NCBI GenBank assembly: GCA_963771275.1
Contig: CAVYSW010000011.1
Coordinates: 79,123-143,122, forward strand
DNA from: an uncultured Gemmatimonadales bacterium
GTDB lineage: Bacteria > Gemmatimonadota > Gemmatimonadetes > Gemmatimonadales > GWC2-71-9
Direction: 5' to 3'
Length of the DNA: 64,000 nt
Part shown: positions 8,366 to 18,139 of the stretch, piece after piece
How positions within the stretch are numbered: position 1 is the stretch's first letter
How the letters are laid out: every line of letters starts with the position of its first letter
Notes under the pieces: generated by a model
What the model saw: the letters and a program-made list of their open reading frames with translations, nothing else
What the model was told of the DNA's origin: nothing
Databases searched by the model: none
Made by a program: the position numbers and the translations under genes

Positions 8366-10204
8366 CTACCACGCGATCCCGTAGTCCTCGCCGTAGTTGC
8401 TCGAGCCACCCCAGAACGAGCCGTGCGCCCAGTCGAAGAAGATCGCGTTGATCGGGCCGGACGTCAGCCGCTGCACGTTCAGGCGGTACCCCATGCGCGT
8501 CAGCTGCTGCCGGACACTGTCCGGCACGCTCGCGTTCACCGTGAGCCGGCCCGGCACCGACGTGTGCTCAAAGGAGTCCCACATCTGGTAGCTCGTGATG
8601 TTCGGCGCCTCGACCGCCTGCTGCACATTCATGCCCCACTCGACGACGTCGAGGAAGAACTGCAGCAGATTCTGGTCCTGGGTATCGCCGCCTTGCACCG
8701 CGAACGACAGGTACGGCTTCCCGTCCTTGAGCGCGAGACCCGGGGTGAGGGTCGCCCGCGGGCGCTTCCCCGGCTCGATCACGTTGAACGGGTCCTCTGC
8801 GGGATCCAGAATGAAGCTCTGGGCGCGCTGGCTCATCCCGACCCCGGTCCGCCCCGCGATCACGGCCGGAATCCAGCCGCCGCTCGGCGTGACCGACACC
8901 ACCCAGCCTTGCTCGTCGGTCGCCTCGATCGAGGTGGTCCCGAGGTAGAACGTCTCCCCGGCGTCCCGGGCGCCGGTCCGCGCGCGCTGCGGCGGCCAGC
9001 GATCGAGGTACTGCTTGAACGGATTGGTCTTCCCCATGAACGGGTACGGGTCGCCCGGCTTGACGTCGGGGTCGTTCCGCTCCCAGTCGATCTGCTGCGC
9101 CCGCTGCTTCGCGTACTCCTTGGACAGCAGGCCCTGCAGCGGCTCCTCGGGCGGGAAGGTGGGGTCACCGTAGTAGAAATCCCGATCGGCGAACGCGAGG
9201 TTCATCGTCTGGTACAGCGCGTGGATGTAGCGCGCGCTGTTGAAGCCCATGCCCTTCAGGTCCAAGTTCTCGAGGATGTTGAGCGCCTGAAGCATCACCG
9301 GGCCCTGGACCCAGGTGTTCAGCTTGTAGACCTCGATCCCCTTGTAGGTGGTCATCACCGGCTGCTCGATGTGCACCTGCCAGCGGTCGAGATCCTGCAG
9401 CGTGATGAGGCCGCCCTCCTCCTGGGCGCCACGCACGAACTCCTGGGCGATGTCGCCGCGATAGAACCGGTCGTAAGCGGCGTAGATCGCCTCCTTGCGC
9501 GACTTGCCCGCCTTGAGGGCCTGCTGCTCGGCCTCCACCAGCTTGCGCAGCGTCGCCGCGAGATCCGCCTGCCGGAAGATCTCCCCCGCGTGCGGGGCCT
9601 CGCGCGCCTCACCCGGGTGCGTCAGATACACGGCCCGCGAGTACCTCCACTGCCTGATCCACGCCGTGTCCCGCTGAATCGCGTCGGCGGTCTGCGCCTC
9701 GATCGGGTAGCCGTCGGCCATCTCGATGGCAGGCGCGAGCACCTCGGCGAGGCTCATGGTGCCCCATTCCGCGAGCATCGTCATCAGACCGCCCGGCGTC
9801 CCCGGGGTCACCGCCGCCAGCGCACCGTAGCGCGGGGGATACTGCATCCCCTTGTTCTTGAAGAACTCGGGCGTGGCGCCCGTCGGAGCGACACCGAGGG
9901 CGTTGAGCGCCACAACCTTCTTCTCGTTGGGATTGTAGATCAGCGCCTGGGTCTCGCCACCCCAACTCAGCACGTCCCACATCGTGGTGACGGCGCCCAG
10001 CATGGCGCATGCCGCGTCCACCGCGTTGCCGCCCTTGCTGAAGATCATGGCGCCCGCCGCGGCGCCGAGCGGCTTGCCGGTGATGGCGACCCAGTGGCGG
10101 CCGTGCAGCACCGGCTTCGCCGTCCGCTGGGCGTCCAGCTGTTCGGGCATGAGGGATCCGAGCATGACCAGACCGAGCAGTACGTGAGAGAATCGTCCAG
10201 ACAT
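8366..10204 (-). CDS. ggt: Gamma-glutamyltransferase family protein (Ntn hydrolase)
   Basis: GGNAVDAA, DRFYRGDIA, AFADRD, autocleavage region GTTS, PGKRPRATLTP, GGDTQ. Signal peptide from ATG 10204. Confidence 0.88.
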   Translation of the reverse strand: MSGRFSHVLLGLVMLGSLMPEQLDAQRTAKPVLHGRHWVAITGKPLGAAAGAMIFSKGGNAVDAACAMLGAVTTMWDVLSWGGETQALIYNPNEKKVVALNALGVAPTGATPEFFKNKGMQYPPRYGALAAVTPGTPGGLMTMLAEWGTMSLAEVLAPAIEMADGYPIEAQTADAIQRDTAWIRQWRYSRAVYLTHPGEAREAPHAGEIFRQADLAATLRKLVEAEQQALKAGKSRKEAIYAAYDRFYRGDIAQEFVRGAQEEGGLITLQDLDRWQVHIEQPVMTTYKGIEVYKLNTWVQGPVMLQALNILENLDLKGMGFNSARYIHALYQTMNLAFADRDFYYGDPTFPPEEPLQGLLSKEYAKQRAQQIDWERNDPDVKPGDPYPFMGKTNPFKQYLDRWPPQRARTGARDAGETFYLGTTSIEATDEQGWVVSVTPSGGWIPAVIAGRTGVGMSQRAQSFILDPAEDPFNVIEPGKRPRATLTPGLALKDGKPYLSFAVQGGDTQDQNLLQFFLDVVEWGMNVQQAVEAPNITSYQMWDSFEHTSVPGRLTVNASVPDSVRQQLTRMGYRLNVQRLTSGPINAIFFDWAHGSFWGGSSNYGEDYGIAW

Positions 10205-10260
10205 CGTTCGCGCTCCGCGATTGCCGCACCAAGGTACACCGTCGCCAAGGGTCCTCAAAG

Positions 10261-10302
10261 CGTGCTGCGCGGCTCGGGGGCGGGCCCCAGCCGCGCAGCA
10301 CG
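10261..10302 (-). terminator. Intrinsic terminator-like hairpin after the VPS10/BNR gene
   Basis: 14-bp stem CGTGCTGCGCGGCT...AGCCGCGCAGCACG, followed on the minus strand by CTTTG. Confidence 0.6.
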
Positions 10303-10319
10303 TCTCACCCTATCCCTGA

Positions 10320-13300
10320 CTACTGCCGCGACTCATCCTCCTCAAACGGGAACCCGCTCTCCCCACCACCCCGGACGCGCTCGACGCGCAGCGTCTGCCG
10401 CATCGTCTCGCCACCGATCGTGAGCGTCACGAGGTAGTCACCAGTTTCGACGAGCGATCCCCCACCCCGGCGGCCCGGATTGTACAGCCCGAACGACAGG
10501 CCCCCGAAACCGCCCCCGCCACCGCGCGCGCCCGGCGGCCGCAGCGCCCGCAAGATGTCCTGCATCTGAGCTTGGCCAGGCAGGGCCTCGGCCCCTTGCT
10601 CGCCGCCGGCCTGCGCGCCTTCACCTTGGGCCGCCGCGCGGCCAGCCGCGCCCGCCGAGCTCTCCCCGGGCCGCTCGACGAAGCCCTGCGCCGCCCCGAA
10701 CCTTCCGGCACCGCCCCCACCGCCCCCACCACCTCCGCCACCGAATCGGGCGGCCAGGGCCTGCATGTTGCCTGACTTGATGGACTCCCGCAGGCGATCG
10801 AGCATCGCCTGGTTCATCCCCGCCTTGACCAGCGAGTCGAACACCTGATCCACGCGGGCGATGAACTTGAGGCTGTCGCGCCGCTCAGCCGGGGACAGCG
10901 GCTTGGACGGCGCCGGCGCGCCGCGGAAGTCCCAGACCACCTGGTGGAGCCCGGTGCTGCCCGGCCCGTCGATCGTCCGCACCGTGTCACCCCGCGCGCC
11001 GGTCACCACGAGCTGCACGCGCGCGCGCGCCTCTCCCTTGGCCACGCGGTAGGCGATCTCCGCGCCGTACTGCGGGCTCGGCTCCGAGAACCACTTGTGG
11101 CCGTTCGACCCACCGCCCACCGGCACGTCCCCGTACTGGTAGGCCGTCCTGGGGGCGAACAGATACGCGGACTTGGCGAGCACCGCGTCCGTGAGCTGCT
11201 CCAGCGGCGCGATCCCGACGATCCAGATCGACCGGCCGTGCGTCGCCGCGATCAGCTCGTGGTCACGCGGGTGGATCTCGAGGTCGTGGACCGGAACCGT
11301 CGGCAGTCCCTCCATGAACCGCTGCCACGAGGCCCCGCGGTCGGTGGAGACGTAGGCCGCGACGTCGGTGCCGAGGAACAGCAGATCCCGGTTGTACGGA
11401 TCCTCGCGGATCACGTGCACGAAATCCACGCCGTCACTCGGCAGGTTGTTGGCGATCGAGCGGAACGTCTTGCCGAAGTCGTTGGTCACGTAGGCGTACG
11501 GCCGGAAGTCGTTCTCCCGGTGATTGTCGAACGTCACGTAGAAGGTCGCCGAGTCGAAGTGTGACGGCTCGACCCGGGTGACCCACGTCTTCGCGGGCAC
11601 GCCGGGGAACCGTCCCGTGAGGCTCTCCCAGCTGCCGCCGTCGTCGCGCGTGAGCCACACGTTGCCGTCGTCGGTCCCCGCGAACAGCAGCCCGAACCGC
11701 AAGGGCGATTCCGCCAACGCCGTGATCGTGCTGTGCGTCTCCGCCCCGGTGGCATCGGGGGTAATGCCCCCCGTCGTCCTGGTGCTCACCCGGATGCGCA
11801 TGGTGTCGCGCGTGGTCAGATCCGGCGAGATCGGCAGCAGGTTGTCGCCCCGCTTGGTGGACTTGAGCACGCGGTTGGCGCCGGCATAGAACACGTTGGG
11901 ATCGTGCTGCGAGATGAGGAACGGCGTGTTCCAGTTCCAGCGCATGTCCAGCGTCGCCGAGTCGGCCCGCTGGCGTCGGCGCAGGTCGTCGAGCCGCCGC
12001 TGCAGCTCGCGCGACGGCCTCACCGCCGTGTCCGGCCAGTCGACCACGACCGAGTCCTCGTACTCGGTGTAGCGCGGCCGCCAGTCGGGCTTCTGCAGGC
12101 TGGTCCGCGCGCCGGTCGTGAGATCGACCCGCGCCATGCTGCCGCCCTGCGACTCGGCGTAGACGATGTTCGGATCGTTCGGGTCTTGCGCCGTGTAGAA
12201 GCCGTCTCCGCCATTCACGAAGAACCACATCAAGTTGTCGATCCCACCCCGTGCCCGGCGGCTTGGCCCGCACCACGAGCCGTTGTCCTGCAGGCCGCCG
12301 CACACCCGGTACGGGACGTCCATGTTGTAGCTCACGTGGTAGAACTGCCCGATCGCGATCGCGTTGAGGAAGTCGTAGTTCCCGCCGCGGTCCCACGTCT
12401 GCGCCACGCCGCCGTCGTTGCCGACGATGAAGTGCTGCGGATCGTTCGGGTCGATCCACATGGCGTGATGGTCCACGTGAATCCCGACCGTGGCATTGCG
12501 CGCCGTCTTGCCGCCGTCGTCGGAGAAGTTCACCGGGGTGGACGACCAGTACACCCGGTTCGCGTCCCTCGGGTCCACCCGCACCTGCGAGTAGTAGAAC
12601 GGCCGGACGTCGTTGCTGTTCATCTTGGTCCAGGTCGCCCCGCCGTCGGCGGACCGGTACAACCCCGAGAGCCGCTCCTTGCTGCCCTTGCCGCTGTCCG
12701 CCTCGGTCAGTGCATACACGACCTTGGGGTCACTCGGCGCGATCGCGATGCCGATCCGCCCCTTCATGGTCTCGGGGAACCCGCCGCCCTTCACCTCGGA
12801 CCACGTCGTCCCGCCGTCGGTGGTCTTCCACAGGCCACTGCCTGGACCGCCGCTGTTGAGGAAGTACGGGCCGCGCACGCGCTCCCAGCTCGAGGCGAAC
12901 AGCACGTTCGGGTTCGTGGGGTCCATCGCCAGGTCCACGAAGCCGGCCTTGTTGCTGATGAACTTGTTCAGCTGCCAGGTCTTGCCGCCGTCGGTCGTCT
13001 TGTAGAGCCCGCGCTCCGGATTCGGTCCCCACGCGTGCCCCAGCGCCGCCACGTAGACGATGTCGGGGTTCGTCGGATGGACGATGATCCGCCCGATCTG
13101 CTGGGTCTCCCGCAGCCCCATGAACGTCCAGGTGAGGCCGCCATCGGTGGACTTGTAGATCCCGCCGCCCGGCGAAATCGAGTTCCGCGAATCCTCTTCG
13201 CCGGTCCCGGCCCACACGATCATCGTGTCGCTCGGCGCGATCGCGATATCACCCATTGAGACGACGCGCTCGCGGTCGAACACGGGACGGAACGTCGTGC

Positions 13301-13541
13301 CCGCGTTGGTGGTCTTCCAGATCCCGCCGGCCACGGTCGCGACGAAGAACGTCTTGGACGGGCTGGGAATACCCTCGATATCCGTGATCCGGCCGCCCAT
13401 GTTCGCCGGGCCGACCGAGCGCCAGCGCAACGCGGACAAGGTGGCGGAATCGAGCGGAGTGGAGACTTGGGCCTGAAGCGACGAGACGCCAGCGACCAGA
13501 ACGAGCGCTGGCACGAGCCATGGGGCGCGATGACGCATCAC
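10320..13541 (-). CDS. Large secreted VPS10/sortilin-like BNR (Asp-box) repeat beta-propeller protein, putative glycosyl hydrolase
   Basis: WRSVGPANMGGRI, repeated xSxDGGxTW Asp-boxes, GGLQDNG, GGDGF, ATHGRS. Signal peptide. Confidence 0.88.
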   Translation of the reverse strand: MMRHRAPWLVPALVLVAGVSSLQAQVSTPLDSATLSALRWRSVGPANMGGRITDIEGIPSPSKTFFVATVAGGIWKTTNAGTTFRPVFDRERVVSMGDIAIAPSDTMIVWAGTGEEDSRNSISPGGGIYKSTDGGLTWTFMGLRETQQIGRIIVHPTNPDIVYVAALGHAWGPNPERGLYKTTDGGKTWQLNKFISNKAGFVDLAMDPTNPNVLFASSWERVRGPYFLNSGGPGSGLWKTTDGGTTWSEVKGGGFPETMKGRIGIAIAPSDPKVVYALTEADSGKGSKERLSGLYRSADGGATWTKMNSNDVRPFYYSQVRVDPRDANRVYWSSTPVNFSDDGGKTARNATVGIHVDHHAMWIDPNDPQHFIVGNDGGVAQTWDRGGNYDFLNAIAIGQFYHVSYNMDVPYRVCGGLQDNGSWCGPSRRARGGIDNLMWFFVNGGDGFYTAQDPNDPNIVYAESQGGSMARVDLTTGARTSLQKPDWRPRYTEYEDSVVVDWPDTAVRPSRELQRRLDDLRRRQRADSATLDMRWNWNTPFLISQHDPNVFYAGANRVLKSTKRGDNLLPISPDLTTRDTMRIRVSTRTTGGITPDATGAETHSTITALAESPLRFGLLFAGTDDGNVWLTRDDGGSWESLTGRFPGVPAKTWVTRVEPSHFDSATFYVTFDNHRENDFRPYAYVTNDFGKTFRSIANNLPSDGVDFVHVIREDPYNRDLLFLGTDVAAYVSTDRGASWQRFMEGLPTVPVHDLEIHPRDHELIAATHGRSIWIVGIAPLEQLTDAVLAKSAYLFAPRTAYQYGDVPVGGGSNGHKWFSEPSPQYGAEIAYRVAKGEARARVQLVVTGARGDTVRTIDGPGSTGLHQVVWDFRGAPAPSKPLSPAERRDSLKFIARVDQVFDSLVKAGMNQAMLDRLRESIKSGNMQALAARFGGGGGGGGGGGAGRFGAAQGFVERPGESSAGAAGRAAAQGEGAQAGGEQGAEALPGQAQMQDILRALRPPGARGGGGGFGGLSFGLYNPGRRGGGSLVETGDYLVTLTIGGETMRQTLRVERVRGGGESGFPFEEDESRQ

Positions 13542-13988
13542 GACCTCGCGTGAGTGTGGAGTGTGGACCGCGAACGGCAGACCTGCACGAGCCGTTTACG
13601 CACGCGCGCGCAGCGGCGTTGAGCCGCGGCGACCCAATCTGCCCTGCCGGGCACCCGGTCGCCACCCGGGATCGCGGGCCCCAGCCGCCCGCCCCCCTCA
13701 CGATGACGCCGGATCCCACGACTTTCTGGTCGCCAACCTACCTGAGTCATCCCGTCGCAGCTGCCACGTTTCGCTCCAGGTGGCTCGAATCAGGCCACTT
13801 GCCGTGCTGACCAGTGCATCGCTAATGCGAACTACCACAAGCACTTACGACATCACCCCAAGGGGAATGGATCGTGCGGAGTTCGGTGCGGCGCCCGCTG
13901 GGAACGAGACGAAGCCGACTCGGCGCGCCGGCGGATTGGGCTCCGGCTCACAGAACGGATCCGTGAATTCCGTACCTTGGCGTCCCCT

Positions 13989-14978
13989 ATGCAACTGCCT
14001 CATGCCGCCACCGCGAGCGCGCTGCCGCGGCCGCCACGGCCCGCGCTTCGCGCCGTGAGCACGTCGGGCCGCGCAGCGTCGGTCCCGGCCACCACCGCCT
14101 CGGCGACCCCTTCGCAGATCGCCCGTCGCGCGGTCACCGTCGGCGCGGTGCTGGTCTGGCTGGCCGTGGCCGGCACGCTGCTCGTCTGGGGCTTCCCGTA
14201 CTACATCACGCCGCTCCAGGCCCGCGCCTACTCGACCTACCACGAGCTGCTCAAGCCCTCCGGCCTGGTGGGCCAGGGGTACGGCGTGATCGGCACGCTG
14301 ATGATGGTGGTCGGCGTGACCGGCTACTCGTTGCGCCGGCGCGTCCGGTGGCTCAACCGGGCCGGCAAGCTGAAGACCTGGCTCAGCGTGCACATCTTCC
14401 TCTGCACCCTCGGCCCGTTCCTCATCGTGCTCCATACGACGCTCAAGTTCGGCGGCATCGTGTCGATCGCGTTCTGGAGCATGATCGCCGTCGTGACGAG
14501 CGGCGTGTTCGGCCGGTACGTGTACGTCCGGATCCCCAAGACGCTGAACGGCCAGTTTCTCTCGCTCCAGAGCATCGAGGAGCAGCGCGGCACCATGCTC
14601 CGCACCATCCAGGAGCGGTCCGGGCTTTCCACGGCGGAGATCGACGGGATCCTCAGGGTCGCCAAGCGGCCTGCGCCCCGCGGCTTCGCCGGCGCGCTGT
14701 TCCAGTCCCTCTGGTACGACCTGACGGCGGGCGCGCACGGCCGGAAGATCCACCGGGCACTCGCGGCCAAGGGCGTCCCACCCAAGGCGCGGGCCGTGGC
14801 GGCGACGCTGTTCCTCGACGAGGCCAACCTCGAGCATCAGGTCGCGCTGCTGACGCCGTTCCAGCGCCTGTTCAAGTACTGGCACCTGTTCCACATGCCA
14901 CTCGCCCTCGTGATGCTCGTGATCGTGCTGATCCACGTGTCCGTCGCCGTCCTGCTCGGCTACACGTGGCTGTTCTGA
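13989..14978 (+). CDS. Inner-membrane protein with His residues in hydrophobic helices (ferric-reductase/cytochrome b-like), first gene of the multiheme cluster
   Basis: Several TM helices. YSLRRR..WLSVHIFL..GPFLIVLH and FKYWHLFHMP..VLIHV. ORF 13977..14978, ATG at 13989. Confidence 0.75.
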   Translation: MQLPHAATASALPRPPRPALRAVSTSGRAASVPATTASATPSQIARRAVTVGAVLVWLAVAGTLLVWGFPYYITPLQARAYSTYHELLKPSGLVGQGYGVIGTLMMVVGVTGYSLRRRVRWLNRAGKLKTWLSVHIFLCTLGPFLIVLHTTLKFGGIVSIAFWSMIAVVTSGVFGRYVYVRIPKTLNGQFLSLQSIEEQRGTMLRTIQERSGLSTAEIDGILRVAKRPAPRGFAGALFQSLWYDLTAGAHGRKIHRALAAKGVPPKARAVAATLFLDEANLEHQVALLTPFQRLFKYWHLFHMPLALVMLVIVLIHVSVAVLLGYTWLF

Positions 14979-14986
14979 CCGGCTCG

Positions 14987-16702
14987 GTGCATCGCCCTCC
15001 GGCGACCCGACTCGCCCTCCTCATGCTGCTCGCCTTCGCGCCCACGGCACGCGCCCAGCTGCTCTCCCCCGGGAAGCTCATCGCCTCGCACGGCGACCTC
15101 GACGGCGTGCGCCACTGCACGAAGTGCCACCAGCTGGGGGAGCGCGGCGTCGCCGACGCGAAGTGCCTCGACTGCCATAAGCCGATCGCGCAGCGCATCG
15201 CCCAGAAGCAGGGCTTTCACGCCACGATCGGCAGCCGCACCTGCGGCGAGTGCCACAAGGACCACTTCGGCACCGACTTCGACGCGGTCCATTTCGACAC
15301 GGCGGGCTTCGACCACCGCGCCAAGACCGGGTTCGACCTGGCTGGGGGGCACGCGAGCACCGCCTGCCGGGACTGCCACCGGCCGGAGTACGTGGTGGAG
15401 ACCGCGGTGCGGCAGGAGGCCGGCGAGCATGGTCGCCTGGCAACGACATATCTCGGACTCGCCACGACGTGCGTCGGCTGTCACCGGAACGACGATCCCC
15501 ACGCCGGCCAGTTCCCCAATCAGGGCTGCGAGGACTGCCATGCCGAGGTGGACTGGAAGAAGCCGGACCGGTTCGACCATGCCAAGACGCGCTACCCGCT
15601 GCACGGCAAGCACGTGGACGTGGCCTGCCGCGACTGCCACACCCCGATCCCAGGCCAGAAAGGGGCGCTCAAGCTCACGGGCCTCGCGTTCGGCACCTGT
15701 GCGGCCTGTCACCAGAAGGACGATCCGCACGCAGGCCAGTTCGCCGCACGGCGGTGCGACGAGTGCCACGCCGAGACGGGCTGGAAGAGCCTCGGTCGCT
15801 TCGACCACTCGGCCACCAAGTACCCGCTCACGGGGCGTCACCTGGATGTCGAGTGCCAGAAGTGCCACACCCCACTGCCGGGACGCAGAGGAGCCATGCG
15901 GCTCACCGGCCTCGAGTTCGCGACCTGCCTGGCCTGCCACAAGAACGACGACCCGCACGGGGGGCGTCTCGGCACCGGGTGCAACGACTGCCACACGACC
16001 GCCGGCTGGCGCGCCACGGGCGGGGCCAGCTTCGAGCGCAAGTTCGATCACGCCCGCACGCGGTTCGCGCTGCACGGCAAGCACGCCACGGTCGAGTGCG
16101 CCGCGTGCCACGATCCGGCACGGCCGCGCGCCAACGACATTGCGCTGGCGTTCGTTGCGGCGACCCGCACACGCGCCTACCCGGTACCGGTGGCGGACCA
16201 GTGCACCTCGTGCCACACGGACTACCACGCCGGCGCGTTCGCCAAGAGCCCCGGCGGCCTCGCATGCACGAACTGCCACGGCGAGGACGCCTGGCTCCCC
16301 ACGGACTACGACATCGCGCGCCACAACCGCGACGCCCGTTACGAGCTGACGGGCGCGCACCGCGCCGCGCCCTGCGTCGCCTGCCACAAGAGCGCGGCCC
16401 TCGGGCAGCAGGCGCTCGTGTTCCGCATCGCCCAGCAGGACTGCCTCGCGTGCCACCGGTCCAACGACCCCCACGGCGACCAGTTCACGGGCCGGACGTG
16501 CGACTCGTGCCACGACACCCGCGCGTTCCGCATCGCCGCGTTCGACCACGCCAAGACGCGGTACCCGCTGGACGGGGCGCACCGCAACGTCGCGTGCGCC
16601 TCGTGCCACCCGTCGGTTCCGGGGCCGGATGGCAAACCCATGCGACGCTATCGGCCCCTCGGCATGACCTGCCGGGACTGCCACGAGGGAGATCGCTCAT
16701 GA
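14987..16702 (+). CDS. Periplasmic multiheme cytochrome c, 20 CxxCH motifs
   Basis: Signal peptide (…LLAFAPTARAQ) then SPGKL. 20 CxxCH counted by hand, in repeated FDH..(Y/F)xLxGxH modules. GTG start at 14987 (alternative ATG 15023). Confidence 0.92.
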   Translation: MHRPPATRLALLMLLAFAPTARAQLLSPGKLIASHGDLDGVRHCTKCHQLGERGVADAKCLDCHKPIAQRIAQKQGFHATIGSRTCGECHKDHFGTDFDAVHFDTAGFDHRAKTGFDLAGGHASTACRDCHRPEYVVETAVRQEAGEHGRLATTYLGLATTCVGCHRNDDPHAGQFPNQGCEDCHAEVDWKKPDRFDHAKTRYPLHGKHVDVACRDCHTPIPGQKGALKLTGLAFGTCAACHQKDDPHAGQFAARRCDECHAETGWKSLGRFDHSATKYPLTGRHLDVECQKCHTPLPGRRGAMRLTGLEFATCLACHKNDDPHGGRLGTGCNDCHTTAGWRATGGASFERKFDHARTRFALHGKHATVECAACHDPARPRANDIALAFVAATRTRAYPVPVADQCTSCHTDYHAGAFAKSPGGLACTNCHGEDAWLPTDYDIARHNRDARYELTGAHRAAPCVACHKSAALGQQALVFRIAQQDCLACHRSNDPHGDQFTGRTCDSCHDTRAFRIAAFDHAKTRYPLDGAHRNVACASCHPSVPGPDGKPMRRYRPLGMTCRDCHEGDRS

Positions 16703-18054
16703 TCCGCCTCCGCAGCGCTTTCCTGCTGGCCCTCGCGGCCGGCCTCGCGCATCCCGCGGCGGCGCAGCAGAACCCGCACGGCACGCTCCCCGCCGGGCTG
16801 GACTGCAGCGACTGCCACACGTCGAAGAGCTGGAAGCCCGACCCCGCGACCGTGAAGTTCGACCACAACCGGCAGACCGGCTTCAAGCTGGTCGGCCGGC
16901 ACCGCGACGCGGCGTGCCGCTCGTGCCATCTGTCGGTGAAGTTCGACGAGGCGACGCTCAAGGGCGCGGATTGCGCCACGTGCCACGCCGACGTGCACCG
17001 CGGGGCGTACACCGAGCGGTGCGAGAGCTGCCACACGACCGTGAGCTTCGCGGACGTGCCCGGGCTGCAGGTCCACGCGCGGACCACGTTCCCGCTGACC
17101 GGGGCACACGCGCAGATCGCCTGCCGCGCCTGTCACGTGGACGACCGGGACGGCGCGTTCACGCCGCTCGATCCCCAGTGCATCTCGTGCCACCGCGCGG
17201 ACTACGAGCGCGCCAGCCCGGTGAACCACGTGGCGGCGAACTACCCGACCGACTGCACGCGCTGCCACGTCACGGTCGCCTGGCCGGCGCACGTGAACTT
17301 CGATCACGTCTCCCTGTCGAACGGGTTCCGGCTGATCGGCGCGCACGCGCGCATCCGCTGCACCAGCTGCCACGCCACGGCGGACATGACCCCGCTGTTC
17401 CCGGGAGCCAAGGACCAGGACTGCATGACCTGTCACCAGCCGGACTACAGCCGGGCACATCCGGGGAACAGCTTCCCGCAGACCTGCCTCAGCTGCCATA
17501 CGATGGAAACGTGGGCCGGTGCGACCTTCGACCACCCCCTCGTGGCGAACGGGTTCCGGCTGCAGGGAGCACATGCGTCGCTGGCCTGTCAGGCCTGCCA
17601 CGCGGCGGACATGACGCCGCTGTTCCACCCGTCGAACGACCAGGATTGCATCACCTGCCACCAGGCGAACTACCAGGCGGCCCCGAACCACGTGACGGGG
17701 AACTACCCGCAGGCCTGTCTGCAATGCCACACCCAGATCACCTGGCAAGGGGCGACGTTCGCCCACACGCCGTCCATGACCGACTGCGTTTCGTGCCATC
17801 ACGCCGATTTCGTCGCGGCGACCTCCCCGGTGAACCACACGACGCAGGGCATCATCGAGGCCGCCTGCAGCCAGTGCCACGACAACAACGCCGGCACCTG
17901 GGCGCAAACCTCATATGTCCATGGCGACTGCTACAGCAGCACGACCAACCGGGCGCATCAGAACGCGCGTTGCTCGCAGTGTCACACCAGCGGGTATCCC
18001 GCGGCCACATGCACGGCCTGCCACCAGAACAGGTCTTCATGCCGAGACTCATGA
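16699..18054 (+). CDS. Multiheme cytochrome c, 17 CxxCH motifs
   Basis: ATGA overlap with the upstream gene. Signal peptide MIRLRSAFLLALAAGLAHPAAAQ. 17 CxxCH counted by hand. Confidence 0.92.
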   Translation: MIRLRSAFLLALAAGLAHPAAAQQNPHGTLPAGLDCSDCHTSKSWKPDPATVKFDHNRQTGFKLVGRHRDAACRSCHLSVKFDEATLKGADCATCHADVHRGAYTERCESCHTTVSFADVPGLQVHARTTFPLTGAHAQIACRACHVDDRDGAFTPLDPQCISCHRADYERASPVNHVAANYPTDCTRCHVTVAWPAHVNFDHVSLSNGFRLIGAHARIRCTSCHATADMTPLFPGAKDQDCMTCHQPDYSRAHPGNSFPQTCLSCHTMETWAGATFDHPLVANGFRLQGAHASLACQACHAADMTPLFHPSNDQDCITCHQANYQAAPNHVTGNYPQACLQCHTQITWQGATFAHTPSMTDCVSCHHADFVAATSPVNHTTQGIIEAACSQCHDNNAGTWAQTSYVHGDCYSSTTNRAHQNARCSQCHTSGYPAATCTACHQNRSSCRDS

Positions 18055-18139
18055 AGTGGTTCACTCGGGCGTGCCGTACGGCGCATACGTCGGCAATCGC
18101 CGTCAGCAGGGTCACCGCCTGGGAAGGGCGGACGGAGCG

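Noticed and set aside
13542..13988. FNR/Fur-type box or riboswitch upstream of the cytochrome operon
   Set aside because: No convincing TTGAT-N4-ATCAA or Fur palindrome and no recognisable riboswitch core by eye; an Rfam scan would be needed.
14348..16698. Long N-terminal extensions of the two cytochrome ORFs (from 14348 and 15250)
   Set aside because: Off-frame read-through of the upstream genes; signal peptides start at 14987 and 16699.
15300..17800. Recurring DNA motifs (ttcgaccac, tgccac) that could suggest a CRISPR or repeat array
   Set aside because: They are codons for FDH and CH within protein repeats, with no constant repeat-spacer structure.
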